From assembly GCA_048128005.1 (NCBI GenBank), contig JBEUKZ010000088.1:1-64000 (forward strand): a DNA stretch of 64,000 bases. Reading direction: 5' to 3'. The position numbers and the translations under genes were made by a program. The first letter of the stretch is position 1; each line of letters begins with the position of its first letter. Under the pieces are notes generated by a model that saw only the letters and a list, made by a program, of their open reading frames with translations, was not told the origin of the DNA and made no database searches. The DNA is from Veleropilina oligotropha (taxonomy: Eukaryota). Positions 48,533-62,472 of this stretch are shown piece by piece.

Positions 48533-49220
48533 TTTTATCCCCCCGGTTACCAACGGGGGATCTTGCGATCGCCCAGTCTGTCTGTCTGCCCGTCTGTCTG
48601 TCCGTCTGTATGTAATCGATATAGTTTCCGGAGCATATCTCTTACACCGCTTGACATAACTTTACGATACTTGCAGGGTGTATTAAGTAGTCGGTCAACT
48701 GGTGCCTTTTGCCAGTTTCGACGTTGACCGGCGATTATTAACAGAGTTACTGCCCTTGTTGTAATTCGCTAATGTTATATTTTCCGGACCATATTTCATA
48801 CACCGCTCAACATAACTTTACGATACTTGCAGGGTGTATTAAGTAGTCGGTGAACTGGTGCCTTTTGCCAATTGCAACGATGTGCGGCGATTAATATCAG
48901 ACTATTGCCCTTGTTGTGAATTTGTTAATGCTCTGTTTTCCGGGGCATAACTCATAAACTGATTGGCATTTCTTTATGAAATTTGGCGGGGGTATTAATT
49001 CAATAGTCGGTGAACTGGCGCCTTTTGCTAATTTCGACGTTGTGCGGCAATTCATAACAGAGTTATTGACCTTGTTGAAAATTCGTTAATGTTTCCTTTG
49101 GAATTAACCATTGCGGGGGGTGTTGATCGCTCTGTCTTCTTGCTTACACTTAAAAGCAGGGATGTAGTGTTAAAATTAACGTTCAACCGGGGGATACGTC
49201 TTCTTCTGATGACTCTTGTT
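48533..49220 (-). mobile_element. Helentron/HINE-like element with a ~157-bp tandem core
   Basis: Hairpin atcccccc..gggggat, (CTGT)n, three diverged units, and ggggggatac..ctcttgtt end. Confidence 0.65.
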
Positions 49221-49899
49221 ATTATATAAGTAGCTTAATTAACATACAAATTAGCATAGTATCATATTAGCATGCCACCAAGGTTACTCTCAAAAACCGA
49301 TATACACAATAGTAAATCGACCATATCTTACTCATAATACATTTAGGACCAAAATGGAACTGACGCATTGTCCAACCCCACCCAGTGCAATTATGTTAAT
49401 TGTATCATTTGCATATTCATGAATATTCATAGAAATAGTGATTTTTGTCAATTTTAGCGACAATTTCAATTACTGTGAGTAATTTAAAAATATATATTTG
49501 TATGCCAAATATACATCAAACCACTCCCATTGCCATGACAATTAATATGGTGCCCTTTTTATTGTATATATAAATAGCTTAATTAGCATAAAATCTAACA
49601 TAGCCTACCACCAAGGTCACGCTAGAATATATGCATGCATAACAATAAATCGACCATATCTCACATAGTTATAAAGTTATAATAATAAAATTTTGCGACA
49701 ATTACAATAACTGTCAACTATAAGTATCTTGATGAGCATAGAAACAAACAAAGCCTGCATCAAGATAACTCTCAAGAACTTTTTGCTGCCACAAGGTGTC
49801 AAAGTGCAACTTCATTTTTATTTCAAAATATTTATGATTTATTACTTAAAGGATCTACAATAAGCCTTAATGGCTTATACATCAAAGGGAAACAATGGA

Positions 49900-50890
49900 A
49901 GATACAGTCGAGAAGATGTTTTGAAAAGCTGCATGGTGTTTCAGCTACCAGCTAGTAGTATCGTTTGCCACACGATGTGTCGGCCTTCTTCACCAATGTA
50001 CTCTTCAACACAGTTCGCGACATCGTAATCTAAACGTTTTATTACATAAACGATGACACGTTTCCGACACGATGCCCGCTAACGGTTCCCCAGATCATGT
50101 CACCACATATTTTATATATGATGTTCTACCAACAAACACAAGGTGAGCAATGGGTTCCCCAGCGTCACATCTTGTGCGTAAGTTACCTTTACAAGGAAAA
50201 TGTCGAGCACTTAGCCTTTAGCCTTATTCACCCCAATAGTCATTGGCTTGGCTTCTCTAAGTGGATGGCATATTTGTTAAGCTACACCAAGAAAACATCG
50301 ATCCGAATATCCGCTTCGCAGTCGAACCAGAGACAAAAAACAAGACTATATTTCGCAACCTCTGCATTAATATTCTAAACGAAGGAGGAACAAAGTATAC
50401 AGTACACCATGAGCCCGCACACACAGATAAATGCATGGGATTGTTGTTACGCCATCTGATGGAACACAAACAATGTCACCAGAACACTGTTGAGCAGAGA
50501 AGAACTATAAAGCAACAACACCGAACAAAAGCAAGGGACATGAACATATTAATGCACTATGGGCCAACAGATAATTAGAATGGGCCTTCGGCATACCTAG
50601 GTCTCCTCTTGGCTTTTCATACATTGAAGGCCTGTCTGAAAAACTTTTACATGCCACTGCCATTACACTGACCGCCTCTTATTGGCTTTCCATACGTTTA
50701 AAGTCTGTCTGAAAGTTGTACGGTATTAATTTCTATCACCAACTTTCCAACAAATTAAAATCTACATTACCCTAAATTTACGAAATCCATTGCGACCAAT
50801 CCCCTCATCACACCTGCATTGGGGAAACCAAGCACACCCTTTCCACACGCTTTTAAGAACACACCAACTTTGACAAGCCCACGACCATGA
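49900..50890 (+). mobile_element. Degenerate Penelope-like element fragment
   Basis: DVSAFFTNV, MGSP-like and VDGIF segments, NIDPNIRF, and GIY-YIG-like CIGETKHTLSTRFKEH. Confidence 0.75.
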
Positions 50891-51029
50891 CCACCAATAA
50901 CAGCTGCCGGCCATCTACCACAGCATCCTTCCTGCGCACCCCTTGTGGTTAGTGGTCTTGATCACGCATTGATCTCGTTTTCCACAAGTGGCGCCCAGGG
51001 GTGCTATGGCAGTGGTCCCAACATCCGTG

Positions 51030-52150
51030 GGCTTGTTGGTGTGTTCTTTAAAATGCGTGGAAAGGGAGTGTTTGGTATCCCCAATGTAGGTGTCATCAGA
51101 AGACTAGTCGCAATGGATTTTGTATATAGCAATTTTCTAGGGGATAATAATAATTATACCAATATCGATTTATATTTTATGGCAGAAATTAACACCGTAC
51201 GACTTGTAAAGTTTTCAGACAGTCCTTAAACGCACGGGAAGCCATTAAGAGGCGACCAGTGTTTGGTAGTGTCAAGTAAAAGTTTTCTATACAGATCTTA
51301 AACGTATGGAAAGCCAAGAGGGGCCAGTATAGTGGCAGTGTGAATACATTAGTGTCTGATGGTGGGGGCGGGTCTTCGACTTATGTATGCCGAAGGCCCA
51401 TTCCGCTTATCCGTTGGCCCGAATTGCACTCCAAATGTGTTCACGTTCGCCGCGTTTGTTCAGTATTGTTGCGTTGTAGTTGTCCTCTCTGCTTAAGAGT
51501 GTTCTGATGACATGTTGTTTGTGTTCTAGCAGAGAGTGAAACAGTAATATCACGTATTTGTCTGTTTAGGTAGATTCGTGGTGTACTGTGCACTTTGTTC
51601 CACCGTCTTTGAGAATATTGATGCAGAAGTTGGGACATAAAACTTTGCTGTTGATCTCTGGTTCACATGTGAAGCGGATATTTGGACCGATGTCATTGAC
51701 GTTTGTCGAAAACAGGTCTACGATTTCTTGGTGTAGCTTAACAAATATGCCATCCACATAAGGCTATGTGCTCGATATGTTCCATGTAAAGGTAAATTAC
51801 GCACAAGATGTGACTCTGGGAACGCATTGCTCACCTTGAGTCTGTTGGTAGATAATCATATATGAAATATGTGGTGTCCAGGCAAAGCTCCAGTAATGAT
51901 ATGATCTGTGGAACCGTAAGCGGACATCGTGTCGGAAGCGTGTCATCGATTATGCAAAAAAGCTTCTTGTGTATGATGTCGAGAACAGTATCGACGAGGA
52001 CATTGGTGAAGAATGCCAACACATCGCGTGTAAAACGATACTACTAGCTGGATAGTTGAAACACCGTAAAGCTGTAATTTTTCAAAAATGTTCCTAAGTA
52101 AAATATAATTTCTAAACACTTCATCTCAACCGCATATTCCATTGTGTCCC
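51030..52150 (-). mobile_element. Degenerate Penelope-like element fragment (inverted partner)
   Basis: AFFTNVLVDTVLDII, ISLLELCLDTTYF and NDIGPNIRFTCE; homologous to 49900-50890. Confidence 0.75.
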
Positions 52151-53899
52151 TTTGATGTATAAACCATTAAGGATTATTGTAGATCCATTAAGTAACAAAT
52201 GATAAGCAATTTGGAAGTAAAATGGAAGTTGCACTTGACATATTGTGGCAGCAAAAAGTTTTCAACAGTGACATTGATGGCAGGCTTTGTTAGTTTTTAT
52301 GTTCATCAAGCTTCTTATAGTTCACGGTTACGGTTATTGCAATTGTCGCCAAAAATCAATATTTTTTATGAATATTCATGAATATGCAAATGAGATAATT
52401 AACATAAATGTACAGGGTGGGATTGGTCAATGCATCAGTTCCATTTTGGTACTTAAATTATTATTATAACTACATGTTATATATGAGATATGGTTGATAA
52501 AAAAATGATTTACTGTTATGCATGCGATTTTCTAAGTGACCTTGGTGGTAGCCTAGGCTATGTTAGATTTTATGTTAATTCAGCTACTTATATATACGAT
52601 AAATAGGGCATCACATTAATTGTCATGACCATGGGAGTACTTTGATGTATATTTGGCATAAAAATATATTTTTAAATTATTTGTAGTTTTAAAGTTCACA
52701 GTTATTGAAAACATTGTCGCTAAAAATTACAAAAATAAATATTTATTTGAATATTCATGAATATTCAAATGAGACAGCTAACATAATTGCACTAGATGGG
52801 ATGGGCAATGCATCAGTTCCATTTTGGTACTAAATTTATTATTATATCTTTAAAACTAAATGATTTACTATTGTGCATGCCGGTTTTTGAGAGTAACCTT
52901 GGTGGCATGCTATGCTATTTTTATGTTAATTAAGCTATTTATATATAATAAAAAGGGCATCATATTAATTGTCATGACAATTGGACTACATAGATGTATA
53001 TAGGACATAAAAAATTTATATTTTTACGTTCTTTGGAGATTTTAAATTTCATGTTTTTTAAATTTTAGCCAAAAAATCATTATTTCTCTGAATATTCATG
53101 AATATGAAAATTAGATAATTAACATAAACGCATTGGATGTGATTGGGAAATGCATTAGTTCCATTTTGGTACTAAATGTATTCTTATAACTTTAAAACTA
53201 AGTGAGATATAGTCGATTTACTGTATTACATGCAAATTTGAAATATTTGCTTAGTTTCCATGGAAACGGCTCGATTTGAAATAGTGTGAATGAGTTATTT
53301 TTTTTAGAACATCTTTTTTTCTTTCAGATGATCCTAATGAACAATTTGGTACTAATGAAAAATTGTCCTGGGGGAGTTCACGTTTGACCCCACTGACCCC
53401 CGGCCTATTACACTTGCTACGCGATAGGCACACAATGGTACCGACTACAGACAGTCGATACAGAGATGATCGTTACCTTTCGCCTTTCATCTGCTGAAAG
53501 CCATTTTAGCGAAACTTATGCTCCCATGTTCAATCTTGTATTCGCCAGCAGACATCAAATACCAATTTTATGAGACACCGAACGCTGTTATCGGCTGTGC
53601 ATTCAAGTCCGAACATGTGAATAAACGAATAAGCACCGATCGAGAGTTATAGCCAACTGGCATTGGAAATCATGTCACAGGGAAAGTGGACGATGTCCGG
53701 CAGATCCAGTTAGACTGTTGCTGTTATCAAGAATTCATACCTTTCACCAGACCAAGATATTCCATAAAGTATCGTGGAGACGAAGGCTTCTGGTGAAATC
53801 ACATGTTCTGTTGCGCGTATGCTCTCTATATCCGCAAATAAGTGCAATGCAACATTTCCTCATTAAATGCTCGATGAGAGTAAACACCGCATTGTGGGT

Positions 53900-54900
53900 A
53901 CGGCGGCATAGAACTGCCAACGCGGTACCAAGTTCCTGAAAAGTCTTTGGGGGTCATATTAGTGTGCAGACGTATTCGCAGCGCACCCCGCACGCTCTCG
54001 ATTGGATTCGTGTCGGGCGACTTGAAGGCATATCTATATGGAGTTCATGCCAAATTTTTCGCGCTGGAACATCAGACTTGAACCTCGAGGTGCCATGAAA
54101 GGCACAAGTTCCTGAGCTATAGGACCTGGTTAGAGAATCCAGCAGCATTAAGGTTGCTACGAACGACAATAATTCGGAACTGGACGTCTCCACGAAAAGC
54201 GCGCAAATACAAGGCTCTGTCCCGCCAAGGCAACACGGAGCGTGGCGTACATCACGTCGTTTACAAACGCGCCGTCTATCATCGGCAAAAGGTTGTGTAA
54301 ACACGGCTCTATTCCAGTCCCATATGACTCCATTGTGCGTGACGTTGACGTCGGTGCGACGGCGCAAATCTGTGTGCAAGATGTTGCCTCCTTGTGTGGA
54401 GATAAGTATAGTTAATTCCTGTTGCGAACGGTTTGCGGAGGTAACGTAACACAATATGATTTTCACCAGCCTGTGTCGTCGCTCGTGGTCTTCATGTCGA
54501 GGCAGATTAGATGTGGTGTTGGTTTGCTGAAATCCCATTCGCAAATCATATACTGCCTGTGGACTGCAACCCATCAGCCTTCCAATGTCGACTACGGACG
54601 TTCCAGAGTGCAACATGCCGACGGCATGCTCACGCTGCACATTTTAAAGGCGTGGCATTTTAACTGGTCATAAAATATATCGTTGAAATTTGTTTTTTAT
54701 ACATGTCAGACTAACATAAACACTTTTCTGTTATAGTCACGAGAAAGGTGACACGTGCAAATCGTGTTTTACCCAATTAATGGTGCTTTGTCCAGCCTAT
54801 GGGTCAGCACACGGGGGCTGCGATGGACTGTGAACGCGTCTAACTAAACATTGCATTTACCATATTATTAAAAATGACATAAATTAATCAAATCTATGAT
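53900..54900 (-). mobile_element. Degenerate Tc1-like transposon
   Basis: MPRLKNVQREHAVGMLHSGTSVVDIGRLMGCSPQAVYDLRMGFQQTNTTSNLPR paired-like HTH followed by frameshifted downstream sequence. Confidence 0.75.
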
Positions 54901-55326
54901 TGTGTAGTTTCTATGTTGACTCAGTATGTGTTGCTCACTCAAGGTCAGAGTGGTGGTCACCTGTCGTTTGATCGATATGTGCACCTCGTTATTTCTTACG
55001 GGTAAACCATCGTAATTGCGTCAAAGAGAGCAGTATGTATCTTGATAAAATACAACTGCGTTGTCATCTTCTGCATGAGTGATCATGTTGACACTTTGCG
55101 TCAACCCTGACCAAACCAAGGTGGGACTCATGGAATGAATAATTCTGTTCAAGGTAATATGACATATGGCAATGTAAATATTGCGCTATAAACAAAATCC
55201 TTTCATAGTCTCTGAACATATCTGACTAGAGGTGCGCGCATGATAACAGAATGTAGAGCGATCTGGATAACGATATGTTATTAACGTTACGTGACTATGG
55301 TTTGTTTTATATCGATGCTTAACTTG

Positions 55327-55549
55327 AGGGGCACTGTATACTTTGGAATTCAAAGAATATCACTGCAGTTAGATTTTATCGAACGAGGCTGTGACTATTT
55401 ATAGAGCCTCTTTCCTAGCGTGTGATAGTCTCGCGACTTAATTGTCGTGTCAAGAAACATGAACAAGTCAACTTAGAAAAGCGTAAATCATAACCGAACT
55501 GTGGCAACTACTAAAATGTGAGATGCGTTTTAGGGTATACAGTGCCCCT
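55327..55549. mobile_element. Small MITE (Kolobok-like ends)
   Basis: 15-bp TIR aggggcactgtatac / gtatacagtgcccct with a right flank ttaa. Confidence 0.65.
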
Positions 55550-57199
55550 TTAATGTACAGTTTTTGTCAATCTTCAGGTTATGCCAGGACTTATATTATC
55601 GCAGTAGGAAACATGGTCACCCCGGGAAAACCCACCAACACCGATCAGTTATAGACATATGTGACTGTTAACTGATTCTGAACAAAGGATATCCAGTCGA
55701 AGTTTGGAACAAACCCCTGTTAGACAGACCCAGATCAGTCAAGTGTGTGAATTTGAGAGCCCTCGTTCTTATCCATTACATTATCAGTGCGGCCAACCTA
55801 ATGGAAGGACAATCGTAGTGCAGGTAACATATGTGTTAGTAAATATTGTATTATAAACAGAATCATCCTTGAGTCACTGGAGATATCTAACTATATCATT
55901 TGAATCATTACATTATCCCAATTGGTCAATGCAATTATAGTTATCAGCAAAATTATTTTACTGGTTTTGATGATTATTCCAACCAATTGTCCTGGAGAGG
56001 TTGCTCCGGTAGTCCAGTGGATATGAGCTACATTCTGAAGTCACTCGCTTGATGGCTGGGTGGCTTCGAATCCTCGAAAGGACACGTTTTGTTAATTCCA
56101 TATCAGCCCAGTGATTTCCCAGATTCCTTTTTTGTTTTCGCGCTATTATAACATGTCCTGATATGAACCTAAAGCCTGTGGACATAAGACATTAAGATTT
56201 GATTCAAGTCCAAAACAACTGTCTTGGAAAACTGAGACTTTCTCATCAATTTATCCAACATCCAAGGCGTTCGATTCCGAACGACTTTTTATTTGTCGGA
56301 CGTCTAAATCGTTATGGATGTATCGGCGATAAACAGATCGGTGATCCTGTTTCACTGACAATCATACATTTATCCAGTCGACGATCGAAAATCCTTCTCT
56401 GATTTTTCGATGAATGGTTCCCGAATCACGTTATCAAGCTATTGTTCAGATAGTTGCAGATATACTTCCAGGTGGATGGCTGAATTCTTTTGGTTTGAAT
56501 TTGAGCTTACTGTTATTGACTGCTGATGTGTAATACACTGCCAGCACAAGGTTATCTAACATTAAACCTCGAGCGTCAGAGAGAGGCTTTGTGTTAGATA
56601 ACGCCGAGGGGTGGCAGTGTATTATCTGTTATCCACACCATGATATCTTTTGTAAATTGCAAGCTGTCACCCCTTAAAACACCATATCGCCGTTCATAGC
56701 ATAATGTGAGAGTGGACCCTTCCATTGGCAACTTGTCAACTCCATTGTTACTGACCAGGAACTGGACCGCGAGCCGATTTACCCCATTGCTTGGCTTATT
56801 AAATGGAACAATGGAGTAGCGCCACTAGGATACCTATTGATCAAATAACCAGCTATAGTTTTGTCACTCCGTTACGAAGGCGATCTCATATGTTGAGGAA
56901 AAATTCACCGTACTATCGCAACTTTACCTCTACTACTTTGATAGTGAAATAAAAGGTTGATTTAACGAGCAAGTGCAACTTTTAATTTTCATATCCTGTC
57001 GATGAAATGATACTATATGGAAACACGAACCTTCCCCATGACATCGTAGGCCAGCGTCATGACAACCATTTAAATGGATGCTACTGAAGGTTACTGAGCT
57101 ACTGAGCAGCGATGGTCATATACCGGACTTTTCTTTATTGCATGGTGAAACGAAGTCCATCCAAGTATTTTAAAGCTTTTAGAAGACCAAGATTGATTT

Positions 57200-59950
57200 C
57201 AGACAAAACCAATTTCGAGTAGACTAAGTCATAACGTTATTGTGACCTGTATAAAGTTGAAAACACAATGTTTTGAATCAGGAAACAACAAAAACGATAC
57301 GTTTCAAAATGTTTATTATCTTCTCTGAATGTAAATATATTCAGATGAAGAAGTGGAGAACAGATAAATTTAGAAATAACACTTTCCTTCGCTCGAATAC
57401 TAGAACAGACTCTGCATGCGCCATATTGCACTCAGCGGTTGTCATGACAACACCCAAGACATGCGCATATAGATAGATATCAATGTATAAACCAGCAATC
57501 ACAAGAAATATGAAATTTTTCAAATAATATTATAACGTTAAATTTTCTTAAAAATTTGCACTAATACTATTTGTGACCATGAGAAAGGCAATAAACTGCA
57601 CAACACGACAAAAAACAGATTTGTAGTGAAATATATGTACAAAAATACATTCTTAATAAGAAAAGTAAGTTTGTGTTTGCGCCATGGTGATTAGTTACAA
57701 TGTAACATATTTCTTATACATAATATGGTAACAATTCACTTTCTATTTCAGGTCACTTTATGGACACGTATTACGTGCACATAATACAAATATTGATATA
57801 TTTTTAATCAAACTTATAAAGATCAAATATTATATGGAATTCTCGTATGAATATTAAATATAGATGTTTAATGCTACAGTACAATTGTCAACGTAAGAGG
57901 TATTTTCTTGTGTAATTCGAATTATGAGAATGTAAACTGACAAAAAGAGATTCCAATACCGGCAAACGATTGGTCAGTGCGTGCACATGACAATATATCA
58001 ATTCAAAAGTAATAAAATGTATCTTACCATTCATAATTTGGAACAAGAAACATTGGTCATTGTCAATTTGAGATTAAGAAAAGAACAGCAGTACGGAATT
58101 TCATTTTCCGTAAATTTGCAACGACGTAATTTATTAGTCACAATAATATCGCAATATGGCACCATAAAGTTTTGTATAATATTGTGTTTCATGACAATTT
58201 CAAAGGATTTCTTTAATCCAAATTCAGTGATCATTTACTAAATCTTCTAGAATAAACTTACTATTATATTCTAATTTAAATATATACAAAATAATTTAAC
58301 TTGCAAAAATAGACAATATATAAATGACTCAATGTTATGTCAATGAATAAGGTCTGCACAATACTTCATAAGGCAAGACTTCGCAAATATAAATACAATG
58401 TATGAGATATATACAAAATGTGTTGATACGAATAAGTTTATGATCATTGTTTATAATTCAACATGAATTGACGCCTTTTTATAAAATAACCATCATAGTA
58501 ATTGTAATTTAACTTCGAATAAAAATAATGCAAGTGCATTTTGGTATATTGAACGTATTTTGAACAACGTCGCTACAGTGAAAATTAATTGAAATAGATA
58601 TATGTAATAAATCTATAATTGTTATATTTCAGTAAATACCGGATTGCGCGATAATCTCCGTCGGTTATCGACAAAATATATGCATATTTATTTGCGCCAA
58701 TATTTGAAAAGAGAATTCGTGTGCATAAATTATACACTACCTCTCGGAAGTTGACTGAAAATTTTATTACCTTTTCAATTATTATTGCATAGCATGTGTG
58801 AAGAATCTCAATATTTTATCAACAAACGCCAAGACATATCACTAATACATATTTTGTATTATATACACTAATATATACCAAGCTGTATTGTTATGATTAA
58901 GTAGATAAGAAATAATGGGTATTTTCTGTATTATTTTACTAATATGTTGTTTGAATGTTGCTGATGCGAATATGCCTTACTGAAATCGACATCACCAATG
59001 ACGTAAAATAGAGGGATATAAATGTTATAAACGGTGATGATGCAAAACAAATGGCGCCGTCACACGCACAAAATACTATGAATTTCTGTCCGATAAACTA
59101 TGACTAGAGCGATAACACGAGAACAATAATGAAGGGATCTCATCGACCTTGCGTTGAAAAATATCAGATTGGGCTGTCTGCGTTATCTTAAACAACCCTC
59201 TGATTCAATGGCGCTCGTCCTTAATGAAATAACCCTAGATAATACTTCCTCATATAGTATGATTCATGGAACTCGTTCACAAGGCAGATCGTAGAATGAG
59301 TTAAGGAAAATGATTACAATGAAAAAGAATCGCTTGCACATCGAGGCGCTTTAATGGTCCATGTGCCAAGCTGTGTATTCGTAACATATAATATTAGGCA
59401 AAAAGTGCAATCAACGTGTATCGAACTGTGATTGGTCCTCTGAATATATCAGAAAGTGACGTCAGCGTAATAATGTATCACTCACTATTGGTCTAATCAC
59501 TTGGTTAGAGTGCATTCCAAGAACGAACTTGGACACAATTTTAAAATAATGCAAATTTTAAATCATGATCACGTTGGATTCATTTTGCGGTTATTCTTCT
59601 TAATAATATATATAATAAATCAAACACATTACATAATTTATGTATTCATAGAATGTGCATGTATATATTATTTTTATATGTAATTTGTTATACGGGAGTT
59701 CGGTTTTGATGTTTTCATTGTATGTGGACCTATCCCTTTGCCGTCTGAAAACGTTCCGATAAGAACTGTTTAGCATCTTTGTACATTTCTTGCTTTTTGT
59801 CAGTTCTTTAGAGTTTCTATTCCATATTCTTTGCTTCCCATTCATGGCGCAATATCGTGTTTCTCTCCAATATAGTATTATAATATATACATGAGATCCG
59901 TACGACTAGAGTGAAACATTTGGCAATGAGTTCAGTGTGGACTTCTCTTC
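57200..59950 (-). other. coe: Probable long COE 3' UTR
   Basis: AT-rich stretch with no recognisable repeats directly after the stop codon. Minus-strand AATAAA candidates near 58130, 57312 and 57134; the true end is unknown. Confidence 0.45.
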
Positions 59951-60057
59951 TCACTTGGCTGGGGATATTATGGAGCTGCCGTAGCTTTGGCCGTTGCATG
60001 TTGGCAACGAAAATGGATTCATCGCAGAGAACGGTGCCGATACCAAACTACTCATTC
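59951..60057 (-). CDS. coe: COE/EBF terminal coding exon (dual frame)
   Basis: ttttactttcag acceptor. Phase 1 reads GMSSLVSAPFSAMNPFSLPTCNGQSYGSSIISPAK*; phase 0 reads E*. Confidence 0.85.
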
Positions 60058-60794
60058 CTGAAAGTAAAAGGGAAAGTTAGATATGATCAAACGAGAAAAA
60101 CAACAAATCTAACACTTACACGACACATACAACTAAACAAAATGCGAACACGATACACATCCAAGTAAAATAAATAGAATTAAAATTTAAATGTGATAAC
60201 TTAATTCGGTGCCAACACAAGACGAGCTAATATCAGCATGGTAAACAAACAGAACGTAAAGGAAAATGAATCGGCGAAACATTAACGATGTTACAATATG
60301 AAAGCAAATAAAGATATAAAACAAGCTATAATTCATCTCGTGCCAATATGCTCGTATTTGGGTTTATGGCCATCTAGCCTTGCATGAATGCACTGGCGCG
60401 CGCGGCGAATGATTCATAATTTCGTTAGGCAAATGAATCACTCCCCGGGGAGGGATCCAAAGAGATTGCTTTTGAAAACAAAGGAGCGGCTAATATTAGT
60501 CAATTTCAACGCTTTATTACAAAGCACTAATTAGATATGAGTAAAGCATTCGATTTTCTAATCGTATTATTGATTGCACCGAGCGCTACCTATTAACTTT
60601 ATTTACACTACATGTGTTTCATGTTTGAAATTACACTACGTTAAGACATACACATTACAACCGCTAGTCTACATATTATCATGGTAGCTATTTCGAAATA
60701 CGTAAATGACAAGATATAAATGATATCGTATACTGTTACTATTTACACTATGACGTCGATGGATAACGGAAGTGTATAAACATTGAATACTAAC

Positions 60795-61015
60795 GCTTAA
60801 TATTGTGTGCGCCCATCCTCCCTGTAAACCCGCCATGTTGTGCCCGAGTGCCATGGTTGGGCTTGCACCGGGTCTCACAACGGGCGCGAAAGCACTTTTC
60901 TGTTTGACTGCACTGATCATATTTGCAGGTGAAAATGAGAAAATCCCTGGGGCGTAGCCTGCTCCCGACAGACTATGTGATGATTGACACATCGGCGGGC
61001 TATGTGAGGGACCAA
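60795..61015 (-). CDS. coe: COE/EBF exon (probable cassette exon)
   Basis: 221-nt phase 1-0 exon containing the conserved EBF motif [26 protein letters not shown]. Confidence 0.9.
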
Positions 61016-62328
61016 CTGCGAAACGAAACAAAACAAGAAAAACGTTACGGGTGGGGGAAACTGAATCTTGTCACCTATGTCAATTTCTCTTCATTACTAT
61101 GTGCGCCAGTTATCGTTAATTCATACTACATAATTGTGCAAAATAAATTAAAGAAGAATTTTAAAATAAAAATAATGTAGCCTAAAGATAAAATACGCAA
61201 GGTGTCAACAAAATGCAATTATCAAAGCACCGGCATTTTTACCCCAGAAAACGGCTCATTCCATATAAGAGATCAATGCAAAAGTTGATAAAATTAGAAA
61301 AACTAGAGTGAAATATTCACATTTAAATTCAACACAGATATAAAGCAAAATAGCTTATAATGTTATTTGGAAAGAGTTACATTTCGCGAACTGCATATTG
61401 CTGGCACCGAAGTTTTCATGCAAAATATACCATATCAAACAAGTTGAATATGCCCACGAACAGAATAAAAATAACATGCACAAAATGACAAGAGTGACGA
61501 CGTAACATATTTAAATCGTATAAAACACATTAAACGCGGCTATTGATTCTAGCAAATTGAATCTTTGACATTTAAGCTAGGCTCTATGAAAGAGTACCAG
61601 AAACTGAGCTCTTCGCGCTTCGAGATACCAAACCAGTCCCACGAGATCTCGCGAGTTAACGAGTTGTTGACCGGCTCGTTAGACGAGATCCTCTTGGGGT
61701 GAGATTTGAACAAGCGACCGAATTGAGTGAATCAAGCACTAAGCATGGCAGCATATTGGCTGAATGTGAAGCAATGTTATCCAATGACAGCCAATAATGC
61801 TAAGTAAATTTATACAATGAAAACAATTAGAGGCCGTCAGTCCATGTTTGCCCACCAAATGGATTAATAATCCGTGCTAATTCATCTATACGCCATCAAA
61901 TGCCTGCCCCGGAGTTTGCCAACATGGCTCCCTGGTGAATTTACGAACTATCTCGATTTGTTCATCACAATAGCTCGAAGCTCATACAATGATTTCAAAT
62001 TTATTCTGTTCACGTTTGTTCTTTTTACAAGCACCATATTAACAGAAATGACAGATACCGTTAACTGACAAAGGTGACATTGCAATTAATATACAATATC
62101 AGAAATCCTGCTTGAAGCTGAATCTTGATAATTGCGTCATTTTCGTTTTTTAAAGATAAAATGGTACCAAAAACGTATATTGTAAAGTTGTGAAATATTA
62201 GATATTAGGTTACTAAGCGTATTTAGTAATTATACATCCCACTATAATCTTTTGCATCTGTATTGAATTGAGCGGTTTTGATATACTTTTCAAAACAATA
62301 ACCTTTATTCATACAACTCCATTCTTAC

Positions 62329-62472
62329 CCATATTTCCTAAACTTCCAGCGCTGCTATGGTAACCGTTGACGCTCGCTGAGCTGTAACTACTTCCGTTGC
62401 TACTGTGAGGTGTGGAGCCATTTGAACCATAACCCCTGGGTGAAACACTTGAAGTTTGTCCTCGGACATACC
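62329..62472 (-). CDS. coe: COE/EBF exon, Ser/Gly-rich transactivation region
   Basis: 144-nt phase 1-1 exon encoding GYVRGQTSSVSPRGYGSNGSTPHSSNG...GNM; conserved SSVSPRGY; GTAAGA donor. Confidence 0.92.

Noticed and set aside
49725..49755. Hammerhead ribozyme next to the Penelope fragment (ttgatgagcatagaaac)
   Set aside because: The core lacks the C of CUGANGA, there are no convincing stems, and the mirror copy near 52300 is further degraded.
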